NCBI GenBank assembly: GCA_964394685.1
Contig: CAYMYO010000002.1
Location: forward strand, 34,148 to 98,147
Direction: 5' to 3'
Origin: an uncultured Gammaproteobacteria bacterium
GTDB taxonomy: Bacteria; Patescibacteriota; Microgenomatia; UBA10105; UBA927
DNA length: 64,000 nt
Positions within the stretch are counted from its first letter, which is position 1, and each line of letters begins with the position of its first letter. A program made the translations under genes and the position numbers. Below the pieces are notes generated by a model. It had not been told where the DNA came from, searched no databases, and saw only the letters and a program-made list of their open reading frames with translations. Below are positions 19,573-29,852 of the stretch, piece after piece.

Positions 19573-20465
19573 AGAAATATTTTTTGACGGAGATAACCAC
19601 AAAAGATAACCTGATTCATCAAGGGATTTATTTTGAACCGAAAGAAAAATCAGATATTGCAATATTGTGGGTGCATGGATTATCGAGTACTTATGCAAGT
19701 CATATTCCGACATGCGATGCATTTGCAGAGATATGCGAAACATATCATGTTGGGTTTGCGGCATTTAATAACAGAGGAGCGAAATTTATTGATGGAATTC
19801 AGAAACATGACCTGTCAAATCCAAAAGGATATATCCATGTTCCTGGAGGAGCAGGACAGGAAAAATTCGAAGACTGTGTCTATGATATCGATGCAGGTAT
19901 TACATTTTTAACGAGTCAGGGATACAATAAAATTATTCTTGTTGGTCGGTCGACAGGTGCAAACAAAGTATGTTTTTATGCAGGGACAGTTTTTGATGCA
20001 CGCGTTGCAGGAGTTGTGCTTATGTCTCCAATTAGTGACCGGTTAGAAATGGTTAAATCACGTCCGGATACAAAAGCTATTATTTCATACATGAAAGAAC
20101 AAATAGCAGCAGGAAAAAGTGATATCCCCATGTTTGGATTTCATTTTTTCCCACTTACCCCTAAACGGTATTTGAGCCTAGTTGAAAAAGGATCAAAAGA
20201 GGATGTGTTTGATTACGGAGATGAAAAACCGAAACTTACGGCATTTTCCAATATTATAAAACCGTTATATGTCATTTTTGGTGGGAACGATGAACATGCA
20301 GATAGACCAGTTGCTGATATTAAAAAGGTTTTTGATGCGCATGCAAAATCAAAAAAATATACAAGCACTATTGTTTCCGGCGCGCTTCATGGTTTTGATG
20401 GTATGGAAAAGCAACTAGCTCGTCTTGTCGGTGAATGGATTGATTGTAGTCTCAAGCTGTGTTAG
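19551..20465 (+). CDS. alpha/beta hydrolase (paralog of 32779-33723)
   Basis: Nucleophile elbow VGRSTGA (GxSxG); WVHGLSS...FNNRG shared with the paralog; the true start may be the ATG at 19569 (MKKYF). Confidence 0.55.
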   Translation: MFCKKDMKKYFLTEITTKDNLIHQGIYFEPKEKSDIAILWVHGLSSTYASHIPTCDAFAEICETYHVGFAAFNNRGAKFIDGIQKHDLSNPKGYIHVPGGAGQEKFEDCVYDIDAGITFLTSQGYNKIILVGRSTGANKVCFYAGTVFDARVAGVVLMSPISDRLEMVKSRPDTKAIISYMKEQIAAGKSDIPMFGFHFFPLTPKRYLSLVEKGSKEDVFDYGDEKPKLTAFSNIIKPLYVIFGGNDEHADRPVADIKKVFDAHAKSKKYTSTIVSGALHGFDGMEKQLARLVGEWIDCSLKLC

Positions 20466-20477
20466 TATCGACATGCC

Positions 20478-21386
20478 ATGAAGCAAAAGGTCTTTTTCCT
20501 CATTATTCTTCTTGTTATTATTGCTCTTATTATCGGCATTGTCCGTATGTTTGTTGGAAAATCTCCAAAACAAGGAGACCTGCGGGTAGATAGCACACCA
20601 GTTGCGAGTGTATTTTTGGATAACAAGCATGTCGGGCGAACACCGCTCGGAGCAACCTCATACAAAGTGGATGCAGGGGAATATACGATTAAAATCGTAC
20701 CTGAGTCAGCAACAACGCAATATGCCAGTTGGCAAGGAAAAATTCGAATTACCCCCAATGTTCTAACGTATGTCAATGGAACACTTGCAGAATCTGAACT
20801 TGCATCAGCTATAGATGTATTATGGCTTGAGAAAGCAACAGGAGCTAAAGGAGAGCTGTCTGTCACTACAACTCCTGACAGCGCAACGGTGATGTTTGAT
20901 GATGAGATGAAAGGTATGACACCAATAAGTATTCCAGACATCGCTCCCGGCAGTCATACCATTACCATTGCCTCACAAGGGTTTGTTACGCGAACACTAA
21001 AAGTTCAAATAACAGCTGGATATCGGCTCATTACTGCAGTGAAACTTGCTCTTTCTTCAGGAGTATCTGCACCAGAAGCATCACCATCGCCTACATTAAA
21101 AATTAGTGGTAAGCCGACTCCTACCTCGCCGGCAGGCGGGCCTGCAACAAGCCTTGTTGATCCAGTTAAACCATACGCACTTATAAAAGATACCCCAACT
21201 GGGTATCTTAATGTCCGTTTGGAAGCAAATAAAACTGCTTCAAAAGCAGGTGAAGTAAAACCAGGTGAGAAATTTAGCTTTACCAAAACGGCAACAGATA
21301 GTGCGGGAACAATATGGTATCAGATAAAATATGATGGAACAAAACTGGGATGGATATCAGGACAATATGTCGATAAAATCGAATAA
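20478..21386 (+). CDS. membrane-anchored protein with two PEGA domains and a C-terminal SH3b domain
   Basis: N-terminal TM; PEGA-like LRVDSTPVASVFLDNKHVGRTPL and LSVTTTPDSATVMFDDEMKGMTPISI; C-terminal GYLNVRLEAN...WYQIKYDGTKLGWISGQYV is SH3b-like; contains the in-frame GC palindrome PTSPAGGP. Confidence 0.55.
   Translation: MKQKVFFLIILLVIIALIIGIVRMFVGKSPKQGDLRVDSTPVASVFLDNKHVGRTPLGATSYKVDAGEYTIKIVPESATTQYASWQGKIRITPNVLTYVNGTLAESELASAIDVLWLEKATGAKGELSVTTTPDSATVMFDDEMKGMTPISIPDIAPGSHTITIASQGFVTRTLKVQITAGYRLITAVKLALSSGVSAPEASPSPTLKISGKPTPTSPAGGPATSLVDPVKPYALIKDTPTGYLNVRLEANKTASKAGEVKPGEKFSFTKTATDSAGTIWYQIKYDGTKLGWISGQYVDKIE
21124..21140. repeat. GC-rich palindrome type B inside the PEGA/SH3b gene
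   Basis: cctcgccggcaggcggg translated as SPAGG. Confidence 0.45.
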
Positions 21387-21398
21387 GAAAGAGCTTCG

Positions 21399-22304
21399 TT
21401 ACCCTCCAATTCCATAGATAACAAAAAGAACTGACATTGTCCAAATAATAACAGTTGTTAAAAGGGGTATGTCGGTAGTTAACACTTGCTCCGGGGATTC
21501 TCCCTTTCCTTCATAAATAAGCTGCATATATCGCATAATTCCATAAAGAACAAAAGGAATGGTAATCATCATCCATTTACGATCAGCTAAGGCCCCTATA
21601 CTTAACGGTTTTTCTAAGAATGTGTAATATACATAGGTAATAAATGTTGAATTTGCAAACATTGCAGTATACGTATCTAAGAGCCGTTCAGAATAATGGG
21701 AAAGTGATTCTCTTGTGTCTTTTGGAAGCACCCCTTGATATCCCTGAAGGAGCGTAAGTTCTGCTCTTCGTTTTCCAACAGCTAAAAATAAAGCAAGAGA
21801 AAGCGCAGCAAGAGAAAGCCATATAGATATGTGATATCCCGTTGCCGCTTCTCCTGCATACACACGAATAAAATATGCTGTTGTTATCGCAAGAATATCA
21901 ATAACAGCAATGTGTTTGAGAAGAAGCGAATAGGTGTATTGTAGTGTAATAAAGACAATTGAAAGAATTAAAAACGGTTTACTGATGGATGATGCAATAG
22001 AGAGTCCAACCACAAAAAATGCGGCTGATGTAAGAAACGCAATTGGTACAGGTAAGGCACCGCTCGCGACAGGTCGAAATTTTTTAAATGGGTGTTTACG
22101 ATCTTTCGCCACGTCAAGAATATCATTAATAATATATCCTGAAGATGATAAGAAACAAAATGCAATAAATGCCCAGACTGTTGTTTGAAAAATAGCCGGA
22201 TGGAAAAATTCACCGGTAAAAAGAATCGTGGTAAAAACGGCTACATTTTTCAGCCATTGTCTTGGTCGTGCGGTTTTGAGAATTGCGAAAAGAAGTTTAC
22301 CCAT
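21399..22304 (-). CDS. UbiA-family prenyltransferase (decaprenyl-phosphate phosphoribosyltransferase-like)
   Basis: YIINDILDVAKDRKHPFKKFRPVASG is the UbiA NDxxDxxxD motif; start taken at internal MGKLLF, since the longer ORF to 22439 overlaps the upstream gene. Confidence 0.6.
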   Translation of the reverse strand: MGKLLFAILKTARPRQWLKNVAVFTTILFTGEFFHPAIFQTTVWAFIAFCFLSSSGYIINDILDVAKDRKHPFKKFRPVASGALPVPIAFLTSAAFFVVGLSIASSISKPFLILSIVFITLQYTYSLLLKHIAVIDILAITTAYFIRVYAGEAATGYHISIWLSLAALSLALFLAVGKRRAELTLLQGYQGVLPKDTRESLSHYSERLLDTYTAMFANSTFITYVYYTFLEKPLSIGALADRKWMMITIPFVLYGIMRYMQLIYEGKGESPEQVLTTDIPLLTTVIIWTMSVLFVIYGIGG

Positions 22305-23341
22305 AAGAGAAACCCTCCGATACCAACAGCAATTAAAATAAAGGTAAAAATTTTCTGTTGACTGGTAACAGTTAAGGCTACCCAGCCAAGTATAGCGGAC
22401 ACTCCCCAGTAAAACAAGGCGATTTTTCGTTTCCCCCAACCAGCTGCAAGAAGAACATGATGCAGGTGTTGGTTATCTGCCCATACAGGAGATTTCCCTT
22501 TGAGAATGCGCCTGAAGAGAATGAATACCGCGTCAATAGTAGGAATTCCAAGAACAAGGAGTGCAGTTCCAAGTTTTCCATATGAGAGTATTGCGAGGAG
22601 TCCCAAAAGAAATCCAGCGAGCGTTTTCCCACTATATCCGGGCATAATTTTTTGCGGATAAAAATTCCAAGGAATAAATCCCGCCCAGGCTCCTGAGACA
22701 ATAAATGCAAGTATGGTAATAGGAATTTGGGATGGATCGGCAAGACTATATCGAAGGGACAAGAGTCCAATCACCGCTGCGCTGATCGATACAAACCCCG
22801 GCATTTGTCCCTCCACTCCTGCTGACCAACCAACGATTGTTGTGGTCCACATAAGCCAAAGAAACGCAACAATGGCCGACCAAACAAGAATAGAATGGGA
22901 TCCAAAAAAATCAACGGAAATTCGCCATGTATCAAGACGAAGTATTGTTCCATTTGCAGGATTCGTGATATAGGGAACTCCCGCACCAGCAAGGATAACT
23001 ATACCAATTGCAAGAGCGTTAGTGAAAATCCGAATATATGGACTGATGTCCTTTTTGTCGTCAAGAAGTCCAACAACAGTAAATAGAACGCATGAGATAC
23101 CAATACCGATAAATAATTTGTTCCATGGAAGATACAACATAGACATAACTGAAATGACAAGAAATATAGCAAGTCCTCCTGCCCGAGGGATAACTCCCGT
23201 ATGGGTATGAGCAGGGTGCGGTCTTTTTTTTGGATCATCGACGAGCTGATACTGTTTTGCAAAGCGGATAACCCAAGGGGTAATACCAACCATGGCAATG
23301 ATGGACAGAAAAAACGGTACTCCAATTGTTGCTATCCACAT
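22250..23341 (-). CDS. glycosyltransferase family 4 polyprenyl-phosphate sugar-1-phosphate transferase (MraY/WecA-like)
   Basis: About 10 TM helices, LLDDKKD (DDxxD) and a C-terminal HLHH motif. Confidence 0.6.
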   Translation of the reverse strand: MWIATIGVPFFLSIIAMVGITPWVIRFAKQYQLVDDPKKRPHPAHTHTGVIPRAGGLAIFLVISVMSMLYLPWNKLFIGIGISCVLFTVVGLLDDKKDISPYIRIFTNALAIGIVILAGAGVPYITNPANGTILRLDTWRISVDFFGSHSILVWSAIVAFLWLMWTTTIVGWSAGVEGQMPGFVSISAAVIGLLSLRYSLADPSQIPITILAFIVSGAWAGFIPWNFYPQKIMPGYSGKTLAGFLLGLLAILSYGKLGTALLVLGIPTIDAVFILFRRILKGKSPVWADNQHLHHVLLAAGWGKRKIALFYWGVSAILGWVALTVTSQQKIFTFILIAVGIGGFLLWVNFFSQFSKPHDQDNG

Positions 23342-23347
23342 AACGAA

Positions 23348-23707
23348 CTATATGACGAGCGTAATAACTGTTGTAACTATGATGAAAGACATAATAGAGA
23401 TGATAAGAGTGACAACCGATAAAATTTGCGAGAATACTAAATGCTCTTTGAGAAGTCGTATAGAAATACCAATGGTAGTCAGCAGCCAGCATAGTGAAGA
23501 AAAAGGAGGAAGATACAATCCAAACACTGATGTTAACCGTTCAAGACCCCATGGTCTTGAAAACCATAATGGGACAAGAGGAGGTAATGCTTTCCAAAAA
23601 AAGAGAGGAACGCAAATGGTAAGAATACAGAGAATAAAGCTGCTATATGTTGTGACACGAATAATACGATTTTGGAGATAGGTATGTAATTCAGAGTGGT
23701 AATCCAT
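23348..23707 (-). CDS. small hypothetical membrane protein
   Basis: 119 aa, 3-4 TM helices; wedged between glycosyltransferase genes with small overlaps. Confidence 0.4.
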   Translation of the reverse strand: MDYHSELHTYLQNRIIRVTTYSSFILCILTICVPLFFWKALPPLVPLWFSRPWGLERLTSVFGLYLPPFSSLCWLLTTIGISIRLLKEHLVFSQILSVVTLIISIMSFIIVTTVITLVI

Positions 23708-25004
23708 ATACTACTGTAAACGATCGATCTCCCTTAAGTATAAACGCTCGTTTTGGATATGGGGGAGGTTGTGTGACAATATGTTCTGGTTTTACAATTC
23801 CATCTCCTATATACCAAGGAAAGTGACCACCAGCAGGCATATACAAAAACACTTTATTTCTGTCTTTTGCGTAGTACATCGTTTCAAATAAATGAAGGGG
23901 ATTATCCGCATAAATAACATCGCCAGCAGCAGTCAGTGCGTTAATTTCGCGCATGGTTGTGCGATAATCAGTTTTCAGATGTTTATCCGGAAACCAGGTA
24001 TTAAACCACAATGAAAACCCTAAAAGACTAAGTGCAAGAAGGATTCTGAGAACTTTTGGTCGGAATGCTTGGATGGCAAACCCCAGTAAAAATACCTCCA
24101 TCATGGTAACCGGAATAAGGTAACGGATGACAAAAATTGGTTTAATAAATGATACGCCGATAATGACAACAAGCGGTACCAGAACCATTAAAACGAAAAA
24201 CGATACAAGTCGTCGGGATTTTTTGGGAATGAGAGCGATAAAAAATAATATGACTAATACAATTGATATTCCGGCTGTCCATGACCATCCATTTCCCGGT
24301 GTCCCTTCGTACCCAACATACATATTGCCGAGCACAGATTTAATAAGATGCATATCTACAGGAAAGTACCAGCTTTCTTTTAATTGGGAAGTTACTAAAG
24401 CAACACGTATAAGCCAAGGGGTAACGCACAGAATAATAATGGCAGTAGTTTTGAGATATGCGTTATGTAGCCATTCACGAGGAGAAACAAGTAATTTTAT
24501 ATTTGTTCCAATATAATGAAGTGTACAGACAAAAGGAACTAAAATCATATAGAGGTGTGTATAAAAACCAACAATAGCTGCAAAGCAAAATAGTTTCCAA
24601 TTGCCTTTGATATAGCTATATATAGTAAGCATGGCAAAAAACATATACCAGCCATATGCACGAACCTCAATGCCGTAATACAGAAGCATGGGATTAATAA
24701 AGAAAAGTAGTGGGATAAACCAAGAAAGCCAATGTTTTTTAAATACGTGTTCAGCAAGGTATATGGAAACGACTGTGGCAAGAGAAAATCCGACAAATGA
24801 AAGAGCGCGTACAGCAATCTCACTTTGTCCAAATATCCTCATCCATATATGGAGGATAAGATAATACAATGGAGGATCAAACGAAGATTTAGCTATTATT
24901 GCTGCAAACGATTGAGATGCGTAAAGAACGGAGAATGCTTCGTCTCTCCATAATGGTTGTGTGAGATACAAAAGAGGTGAGTGAGTAAATAAATAAGTTA
25001 GCAT
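23691..25004 (-). CDS. GT-C fold membrane glycosyltransferase (ArnT/PMT family 39/83-like)
   Basis: N-terminal WRDEAFS (DE motif), then 10+ TM helices typical of GT-C. Confidence 0.55.
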   Translation of the reverse strand: MLTYLFTHSPLLYLTQPLWRDEAFSVLYASQSFAAIIAKSSFDPPLYYLILHIWMRIFGQSEIAVRALSFVGFSLATVVSIYLAEHVFKKHWLSWFIPLLFFINPMLLYYGIEVRAYGWYMFFAMLTIYSYIKGNWKLFCFAAIVGFYTHLYMILVPFVCTLHYIGTNIKLLVSPREWLHNAYLKTTAIIILCVTPWLIRVALVTSQLKESWYFPVDMHLIKSVLGNMYVGYEGTPGNGWSWTAGISIVLVILFFIALIPKKSRRLVSFFVLMVLVPLVVIIGVSFIKPIFVIRYLIPVTMMEVFLLGFAIQAFRPKVLRILLALSLLGFSLWFNTWFPDKHLKTDYRTTMREINALTAAGDVIYADNPLHLFETMYYAKDRNKVFLYMPAGGHFPWYIGDGIVKPEHIVTQPPPYPKRAFILKGDRSFTVVYGLPL

Positions 25005-25013
25005 TACTTCTTA

Positions 25014-26492
25014 TTATACCTTTTCTGTCACGCGATATTCCAGCCGTTTCCCGAGCATGAGTCTGGTGTGGGCGTCAAGTCCGGGAAGAGCGGATAAAAA
25101 GAAAGATATGATCGGAAGCGTAAACCATTGCAAATAGAGAAACGGAAGCTTCCAAGCGGCGAACTCTTTAGGCTTCGGTGGCTTTATGCGCCAATCGATG
25201 ATAAATACAACAAGAAGAAAGATTGTCGACAAGGTAAGAATGCTTGAGGAGATGCGAGCAAGATTATGTCCAAGTACAGTCTTTGCAAATTCAGGATTGA
25301 TCATAGGCGGGATGGTGCTGCCAATAGTAAGGAGAAACCAATTTGCCGGCCAGAATATATGATGTTCTAATATCATAACTACCCGTCGTATTCGATCCCA
25401 GATAGGAATTTCTCCGTGGAGAAAGGCATTGCGAATGACATAAGGAATATCCGATACTCCCCATGCCCATCTCTTTGATTGTTCATATTGATTAATCATT
25501 GTTTTGAAAAATCCATGGCTTTCCGCCGCATCAACAAGGATCGGAAGAAAAATGCCTTTTGTTCGTACACGGCTTCCTTTTTCAAAATAGACTTTGAAAA
25601 AGAGATGATAATCTTCTGGAATAACATCGATACTCCAGTATCCAACATCAATAACAGTTTTGAGAGACAAAGAATATGTTGAGAAATTTATAAAACGGTC
25701 AGACTGAGATAGAATTGCGAGATTCCAGATGCTATTGATTGTGTTAAAAAGTTTATTAGGAAGCGGAATTCTCCAAATATTGGAATAAAAGAGTATTGCT
25801 CCCTGATAAATATGATAGTGCCTTTCTGTATCACGTAAAAATGAATCTGAGAGATAAGAAAAATACTTTGGGTGAAGAAGCGCATCGGCATCACAAGAGG
25901 TAACTGTGGTGGTTGATGGATGAATCTTTGATCCGTGGATCCGCATAAATTCTTTTGCTGCGTATGCCATGTTTGACGATTTTCCCGAGACTTCTCCAGT
26001 CACGAGTGTGTGACGTGTTACGACAAATAAACCAAAGTGATGTTCATACTCTTTTTTGAGGATGTCGCTTACTTCCTTTTCCCGATCGTCTTTTGCTTCG
26101 GTTGCAAGGACAACGACGATTTGTTTTTTTGGAAAGTCCTGCAATACTAGATTATCAAGTGTTCGACGTAAAATATGAAGTGGTTCTTTATACTCAGGAA
26201 TAATGATGACATGTCTGATTTTTTTGAACCCTTTGAGTTGTTTAATCTTGTTCAACCAGTCAACTTTGATGTGTGCTTGCATCATAAGGTATGACCGTAT
26301 AGCTGAATATCCGAGAGTGAACGACTTGTAGAACCAATACACATCAAAGGTGATTATGATATACGCAACAAATGCAGGATGCCAAAAGGATAACCAGAGA
26401 GGCATGGTGATAAGAAACCATGAAGTAAGTGGAATTGCTATTTCCAAAATTCGTCTTGTTCTATTTGGGTACAGAAGGAATATTCGGCGCAT
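25014..26492 (-). CDS. membrane-integrated processive family-2 glycosyltransferase (cellulose/chitin synthase-like)
   Basis: DAD motif in SCDADALL and QxxRW in QSKRWAWG, with N- and C-terminal TM helices. Confidence 0.6.
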   Translation of the reverse strand: MRRIFLLYPNRTRRILEIAIPLTSWFLITMPLWLSFWHPAFVAYIIITFDVYWFYKSFTLGYSAIRSYLMMQAHIKVDWLNKIKQLKGFKKIRHVIIIPEYKEPLHILRRTLDNLVLQDFPKKQIVVVLATEAKDDREKEVSDILKKEYEHHFGLFVVTRHTLVTGEVSGKSSNMAYAAKEFMRIHGSKIHPSTTTVTSCDADALLHPKYFSYLSDSFLRDTERHYHIYQGAILFYSNIWRIPLPNKLFNTINSIWNLAILSQSDRFINFSTYSLSLKTVIDVGYWSIDVIPEDYHLFFKVYFEKGSRVRTKGIFLPILVDAAESHGFFKTMINQYEQSKRWAWGVSDIPYVIRNAFLHGEIPIWDRIRRVVMILEHHIFWPANWFLLTIGSTIPPMINPEFAKTVLGHNLARISSSILTLSTIFLLVVFIIDWRIKPPKPKEFAAWKLPFLYLQWFTLPIISFFLSALPGLDAHTRLMLGKRLEYRVTEKV

Positions 26493-26523
26493 AATGACAA
26501 CCTGTATTGTATCACGAGTACCG

Positions 26524-27228
26524 TTATTTGCGTACAGCAGGAAATCCGATGGTGTCAGCCTTTCGGAAGAGAAAATAGAGGAAAAAGACTTTGAAAACTC
26601 TCAGAAGCAGTCCTTTTTCAAAACCACGCCGGCCTGATGCAGCGACATACTCTTTTTGCGTAAAAAAAATTTTTCCTTTTGTCATCATACGCCGTGCTAT
26701 TTCAATATCTTCAGCCATTTTAAATTCCGGCGGAAATCCGCCTGCTTCAAGTGCTAGTGTTCGGTAAAATGCCATATTTTGACCTGTTGCCATTGGCATA
26801 CGAAAAAGCGCAAAAAGAAACACATTCCATATAGGTTGGATTTTATTGATAAAAAATTTGTATGCCCATGGACCATCAAACACCTGATACCCGCCAAAAT
26901 ACCCAACAATTCCGGGGGTAGTCAATGCGCGTTCTATGCGGTTCAGCCAATTATGAGGAAGGAGAGCATCTGCGTCAGTAAAAGCCACAATATCGCCAGT
27001 TGCCTTCTCAAGACCTTTTTGTCGGGAAAAACCAATAGTGGATTTGGCAACAGTAATAACAATTGCGCCAGTTTTTTCAGCTACCTGGGCTGTTTTATCA
27101 GTCGATGACGCATTGACTACAATAATTTCATCCGGTTTTCGATCTAGTTTAGATAAAGAAGCAAGAGTTTTAGGGAGAAGTTCCTCTTCATTGTATGCTG
27201 GGATTACGACAGAAATGGTCATATTCAT
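26524..27228 (-). CDS. family-2 glycosyltransferase (polyprenyl-phosphate sugar synthase-like)
   Basis: VVIPAYNEEE...TDAD...DIE typical of GT2 (GT-A fold). Confidence 0.7.
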   Translation of the reverse strand: MNMTISVVIPAYNEEELLPKTLASLSKLDRKPDEIIVVNASSTDKTAQVAEKTGAIVITVAKSTIGFSRQKGLEKATGDIVAFTDADALLPHNWLNRIERALTTPGIVGYFGGYQVFDGPWAYKFFINKIQPIWNVFLFALFRMPMATGQNMAFYRTLALEAGGFPPEFKMAEDIEIARRMMTKGKIFFTQKEYVAASGRRGFEKGLLLRVFKVFFLYFLFRKADTIGFPAVRK

Positions 27229-27236
27229 ATTTCCTA

Positions 27237-28007
27237 TTATATCTTAAACAATGTTTGAGTGTTTTTTGTTGTTTGTTCTTCCACTTGTTTGACAGAAATA
27301 TTTTGTAGTTCTGCGATTGTTTTTGTAATAAGCGGGATATATTTCGGTTCATTGCGCTGTCCGCGATGTCCAGCAGGGGGTAAAAGCGGCGCATCGGTTT
27401 CCAGAAGAATCATAGAAAGAGGAATGGATGGAATGACGAGTTTGAGCTGTTTGGAATATGTTGCATTTCCGTCAAGACCTAAGAACAATCCTCGTTTTTC
27501 AATTTCCCTGACATCTGCAAGGCCTCCGGAAAAACAATGAAATACACCCTTCGGTATCGTTGGCAAGCTGTCAAGAACGTCAAATGCATCCGCGAAAGCG
27601 TCCCGGCAATGAATAATAACCGGCAGGTTATATTTGAGAGCCAGCAGTAGTTGTGCTTCAAACAATTGTTTTTGTTCTGTCTTTCTGCCAACAGCAGGAA
27701 AGTCTTCATATACATGATAATCCAGTCCGCACTCGCCGATGGCAACAATATTATTATGTGTAATTATTAATCGTTCTAAATCATGAGTATCTGGATTTCT
27801 TGTTATCTCATATGGATGAATTCCAACTGCCGGAAATACTACGTTTGGATATTGTTTTGAAAGTTCGATTGCCTGTTTTGATGTAACAACGCTATTTCCG
27901 GGATTAATAAACTTTTTTACTCCTACTTTTTTAGCATTGCCGATAACCATGGCACGGTCTTCGTCAAATTCTTTGAAGTTCAAATGACAGTGGGTATCGA
28001 TGTACAT
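27237..28007 (-). CDS. tatD: TatD family metal-dependent DNase/hydrolase
   Basis: MYIDTHCHLNF...GECGLDY...ETDAP motifs. Confidence 0.8.
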   Translation of the reverse strand: MYIDTHCHLNFKEFDEDRAMVIGNAKKVGVKKFINPGNSVVTSKQAIELSKQYPNVVFPAVGIHPYEITRNPDTHDLERLIITHNNIVAIGECGLDYHVYEDFPAVGRKTEQKQLFEAQLLLALKYNLPVIIHCRDAFADAFDVLDSLPTIPKGVFHCFSGGLADVREIEKRGLFLGLDGNATYSKQLKLVIPSIPLSMILLETDAPLLPPAGHRGQRNEPKYIPLITKTIAELQNISVKQVEEQTTKNTQTLFKI

Positions 28008-28017
28008 ACTTTTTTCC

Positions 28018-28088
28018 TTGTCATGCTGAATTTATTTCAGCATCTATTTAAAAACTAACGGGATCCCGAAACGAGTTCGGGATGACAA
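28018..28088. mobile_element. 70-bp twin-hairpin TIR element (family 1), copy 2, inverted orientation, exactly between the metG stop and the tatD start
   Basis: TTGTCAT-[GCTGAA-tttat-TTCAGC]ATC-tatttaaaaactaacg-[GGATCCCGAA-acgag-TTCGGGAT]-GACAA. Confidence 0.6.
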
Positions 28089-28089
28089 T

Positions 28090-29517
28090 TTATGCAATCC
28101 TCGGGAACAACGGCGGTTGAGATGTAACCGTTGGTCCTTTAAATTGTTTCAATATCTTTTCGGCAGTTTCCGGAAGAAATGGTTGTAATGCGTCGACAAT
28201 CATTTGAATGTCATCAACCAATCCTTTAAGAATTGTAATTAATTCTTTTCCCTGTTTTTCCCATGGTTTTGTATCGTTAATTTGTTTATCAACTCTTTTT
28301 AGATGAGCCCAAATATATTCTAGTGCTTGGTCAAATAGGAAGTTGTCCAAGTATTTTTTGGTATTGCCAGAGTGACTTTTGTAAAAATTAGGTTGATAAA
28401 CAGGAATTGTTAGTTTTGCCGATTCGCATAATTTAGCAACGCGCGAAACTAAATTTCCAAGACCATTGGCGAGGTCTGCATTATAAAGTTCTTTAAATCT
28501 GCGTTCGGAAAAATCACCATCATCATATGCCGGTATTTCCCGAAGGAGATAATACCGCAGAGCATCGGTTCCATATTTTTTTACAAGTTCATATGGATCA
28601 ATAACATTGCCAAGACTTTTACTTATTTTTTGTCCGTCAACCGAGATAAATCCGTGAATAAATATTTGTTTTGATGGCGGGAGTCCGGCTGAAAAAAGCA
28701 TTGATTGCCAGATAGCTGATTGTTGCCGCAGATTATCTTTGCCGGCAAATTGTACAACTGGCCACCATGATTCAAATGTTTTTACATCATTTGGCCAACC
28801 GATTGCAGAAATATAATTAATAAGCGCATCGAACCACACATACATGACATGATCTGGATCATCTGGTACGTCGATTCCCCATGGCATCTTACTTTTTAAT
28901 CGGGAAATACTGAAATCCTGAAGTCCTTTCCCAACAAATTCCGTTATTTCTTTTTGCCTATATGCTGGAATGACAAATTGTGGATTATTTTTATAAAGTT
29001 TTAATAATTTATCTTGATAGTTGGAAAATTTAAAGAAATAATTTTCTTCTTCAATGATTTCTAAATCCCGATTGGGATGAAGTGGACATCGCCCGTCAAC
29101 CAGCTCTGAATCCGTTTTTTCCAGTTCACATCCGACACAATATTTTGTTTTATAGTTTTTTTTGTATATGTCTCCGTTTTTATTGCATTTTTTCCAAAAT
29201 TTTTGAGCAGCATCTACGTGTTTAGGATCAGTAGTTCGAATAAAACTATTGTAACTAAGATTAAATGCTTGTTTGAGATCATCAAATTTTGCTGCATATT
29301 CATCACAATATGCTTTCGGATCTTTTTTAACCTCAATTGCTTTATCGTATATTTTTTTCCCATGTTCATCTGTACCAAAGTTAAAAAACACTGCATCACC
29401 AAGTAACCTGTGATAGCGTGCAATGACATCTGCCTGCACGATTTCCAATGCAAATCCGATATGCGGTGCAGCATTAACATACGGCAGAGTAGTGGTGAGA
29501 TAGAATTTTTTCTTCAT
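28090..29517 (-). CDS. metG: methionyl-tRNA synthetase (core enzyme without the C-terminal tRNA-binding domain)
   Basis: HIGH-type motif PYVNAAPHIGFA, GTDEHGKKI, KMSKS motif KISKSLGNVIDP, zinc knuckle CVGCE...CPLH. Confidence 0.8.
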   Translation of the reverse strand: MKKKFYLTTTLPYVNAAPHIGFALEIVQADVIARYHRLLGDAVFFNFGTDEHGKKIYDKAIEVKKDPKAYCDEYAAKFDDLKQAFNLSYNSFIRTTDPKHVDAAQKFWKKCNKNGDIYKKNYKTKYCVGCELEKTDSELVDGRCPLHPNRDLEIIEEENYFFKFSNYQDKLLKLYKNNPQFVIPAYRQKEITEFVGKGLQDFSISRLKSKMPWGIDVPDDPDHVMYVWFDALINYISAIGWPNDVKTFESWWPVVQFAGKDNLRQQSAIWQSMLFSAGLPPSKQIFIHGFISVDGQKISKSLGNVIDPYELVKKYGTDALRYYLLREIPAYDDGDFSERRFKELYNADLANGLGNLVSRVAKLCESAKLTIPVYQPNFYKSHSGNTKKYLDNFLFDQALEYIWAHLKRVDKQINDTKPWEKQGKELITILKGLVDDIQMIVDALQPFLPETAEKILKQFKGPTVTSQPPLFPRIA

Positions 29518-29557
29518 GGTTTAGTCCAATTGTACCACGATGAGGCTTTCTATTTTA

Positions 29558-29830
29558 TCAGGAAACAGAAACAGTAAGAGGGGTCTTGACGGCATGCGAA
29601 AGACGCTCGATAAAAGAAAGCGTGGGATTGGTATTGCCCGATTCGAATCGCGCGATCGCCGACTGCTTTGTCCCCATTTTTACTGCAAGAGTTTTTTGAC
29701 TCATGTTCTTTTTGATCCTCGCGTCTAAAACTTGCCGAATGAGCGCATATCGCGGTTCCAGTCGGTCGTATTCTGCTTTTATCTTTTTATTCTTCAGCGC
29801 TTCTCGTTTGAAATCTTCAACATTTTTCAT
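29558..29830 (-). CDS. XRE-family helix-turn-helix antitoxin (HigA-like)
   Basis: MSQKTLAVKMGTKQSAIARFESG is an XRE HTH; immediately downstream of the toxin gene. Confidence 0.7.
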   Translation of the reverse strand: MKNVEDFKREALKNKKIKAEYDRLEPRYALIRQVLDARIKKNMSQKTLAVKMGTKQSAIARFESGNTNPTLSFIERLSHAVKTPLTVSVS

Positions 29831-29852
29831 ATACAGAAGTATAACATAAAAG

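Noticed and set aside
21399-22439. Long N-terminal extension of the UbiA-family gene to 22439
   Set aside because: The extension overlaps the upstream GT4 gene by ~190 nt and has no UbiA similarity. The internal Met at MGKLLF is a more plausible start.
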